In this document: positions 63,302 through 64,000 of the stretch, in pieces | Position numbering within the stretch: position 1 is the stretch's first letter | Layout of the letters: the number at the start of each line of letters is the position of its first letter | Assembly: GCA_002412825.1 (NCBI GenBank) | Contig: DHVU01000009.1 | Location: forward strand, 35,323-99,322 | Source: Spirochaetaceae bacterium UBA5200 | GTDB lineage: Bacteria; Spirochaetota; Spirochaetia; Treponematales; UBA12059 | Direction of reading: 5' to 3' | DNA length: 64,000 nt | Position numbers and translations under genes: made by a program | Notes under the pieces: generated by a model | Seen by the model: the letters and a program-made list of their open reading frames with translations, nothing else | Database searches by the model: none | What the model was told of the DNA's origin: nothing

Positions 63302-63519
63302 ACTCTTGTAGCGCCGTTACCGGTCAAATGAGCGCTGCCGTATCCCCCTGCCTTCCAACAGTTCCCTGATTGCGAAAAAGCCTTATACATCGTATACTGA
63401 AACACTAACCGCCAGCTTGATGTTTCAACAATCGAAACCGCATTTCGGTTCCAGCAAAGCCCGCTGCCGGTCTACGTCCGCACGTCACGATATACGACTT
63501 AAAAAGGAGGTCTACTACC

Positions 63520-63978
63520 GTGATCAAGTACCTAAAGCTGCATGACGACAAGTGCGTCGGCTGCCTCAATTGCGTCGCCACCTGTTCGCGTATGTATTTC
63601 AAGGAAGAGGTTCCGGCAAAAGCCCGGATACAGGTATTCCCCGTCGCCCCTGGATCGCATCACCTCGTAGCCTGCGACCAGGAGTGCAGGCTCTGCGTGG
63701 CCGAATGCCCGGTGCAGGCCATAACCGTAAACGCCAAGGGCGTGGTTATGATCAACAAGGGCCTCTGCGTAGGCTGCCTCGCCTGCGTGGCCGTATGCCC
63801 CATAGGAGCCATGCGCTATTACCCTGGCGAATCCACCCCCTTCAAGTGCATAGCCTGCGGCGCCTGCGTTAAGACCTGCCCCGCCAATGCCCTTGAGCTA
63901 GCGGAAAAAGAAGACAGCCCCGCCTCGCGCATGCCCTTCGAAGTGGCCGAAGCCGTACGAAAACAGGAGGGCAAGTAA
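63520..63978 (+). CDS. Poly-ferredoxin-like 4Fe-4S cluster protein
   Basis: Four CxxCxxCxxxC(P) motifs (CVGCLNCVATC, CRLCVAECP, CVGCLACVAVCP, CIACGACVKTCP). GTG start 9 nt after AGGAGG. Confidence 0.85.
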   Translation: MIKYLKLHDDKCVGCLNCVATCSRMYFKEEVPAKARIQVFPVAPGSHHLVACDQECRLCVAECPVQAITVNAKGVVMINKGLCVGCLACVAVCPIGAMRYYPGESTPFKCIACGACVKTCPANALELAEKEDSPASRMPFEVAEAVRKQEGK

Positions 63979-64000
63979 ATGAGCGCGTTCGACAAGAAAG
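63979..64000 (+). CDS. Start of a downstream gene (truncated by the window end), unknown product
   Basis: ATGAGCGCGTTCGACAAGAAAG begins right after the ferredoxin stop (TAAATG). Only 7 codons are visible. Confidence 0.3.

Noticed and set aside
63302-63519. Structured leader upstream of the ferredoxin gene as a possible riboswitch (e.g. Moco)
   Set aside because: Small hairpins are present (GTTTC-aacaatc-GAAAC; AACCG-catttCGGTT). I cannot match any riboswitch consensus from memory, and a cmsearch would be needed to test this.

Overview
GC-rich bacterial chromosomal segment with short AT-rich intergenic regions. I call about 58 protein genes and one tRNA-Leu(CAA). I see no rRNA, CRISPR array, transposase, integrase or phage genes. 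All family calls come from reading motifs in the supplied translations; no searches were run. The signalling and envelope gene set and a C-terminal LIPICxxCKKxRDD tail suggest a spirochaete-like diderm, but that is only a guess. Recognisable content, in order: a truncated HNH nuclease at the left edge; xylA-xylB with a divergent AraC regulator; two MFS transporters; a DHH phosphoesterase; a TolC-MacA-MacB operon ending in an LTXXQ (Spy/CpxP-like) periplasmic protein; a sensor kinase; a CDF transporter; a receiver-PP2C phosphatase; pyrC; sppA; a STAS-ybjN-pspA-pseudoreceiver operon; an SDR; a TrmJ-like methyltransferase; a sigma-54 activator lacking a DNA-binding domain; a GHKL-HDOD protein; an SSS symporter; a VanY-like peptidase; an XRE regulator; a BNR/DUF4015-like glycosidase; a LUD protein; a PAS-GGDEF-EAL protein; PAP2; apbE; an MBL hydrolase; fused aroD-aroE; era; pth; a CBS-pyrophosphatase; a 1320-aa pseudokinase-TPR-GAF-Cys4 protein; osmC; thiS; a HisKA_2 kinase; an S1 protease fused to a beta-barrel-like tail; and a ferredoxin. 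Most unusual observations: (1) a ~470-bp hierarchical, CTAG-saturated palindromic repeat array at 40.1-40.6 kb; (2) two 116-bp hairpin elements with a compensatory arm substitution; (3) a near-consensus sigma-54 promoter driving a small secreted Gly/Arg-tailed protein beside an orphan kinase; (4) the catalytically dead giant signalling protein; (5) an atypical psp-type operon. None of these is proven to be a new system, and each needs the checks listed.
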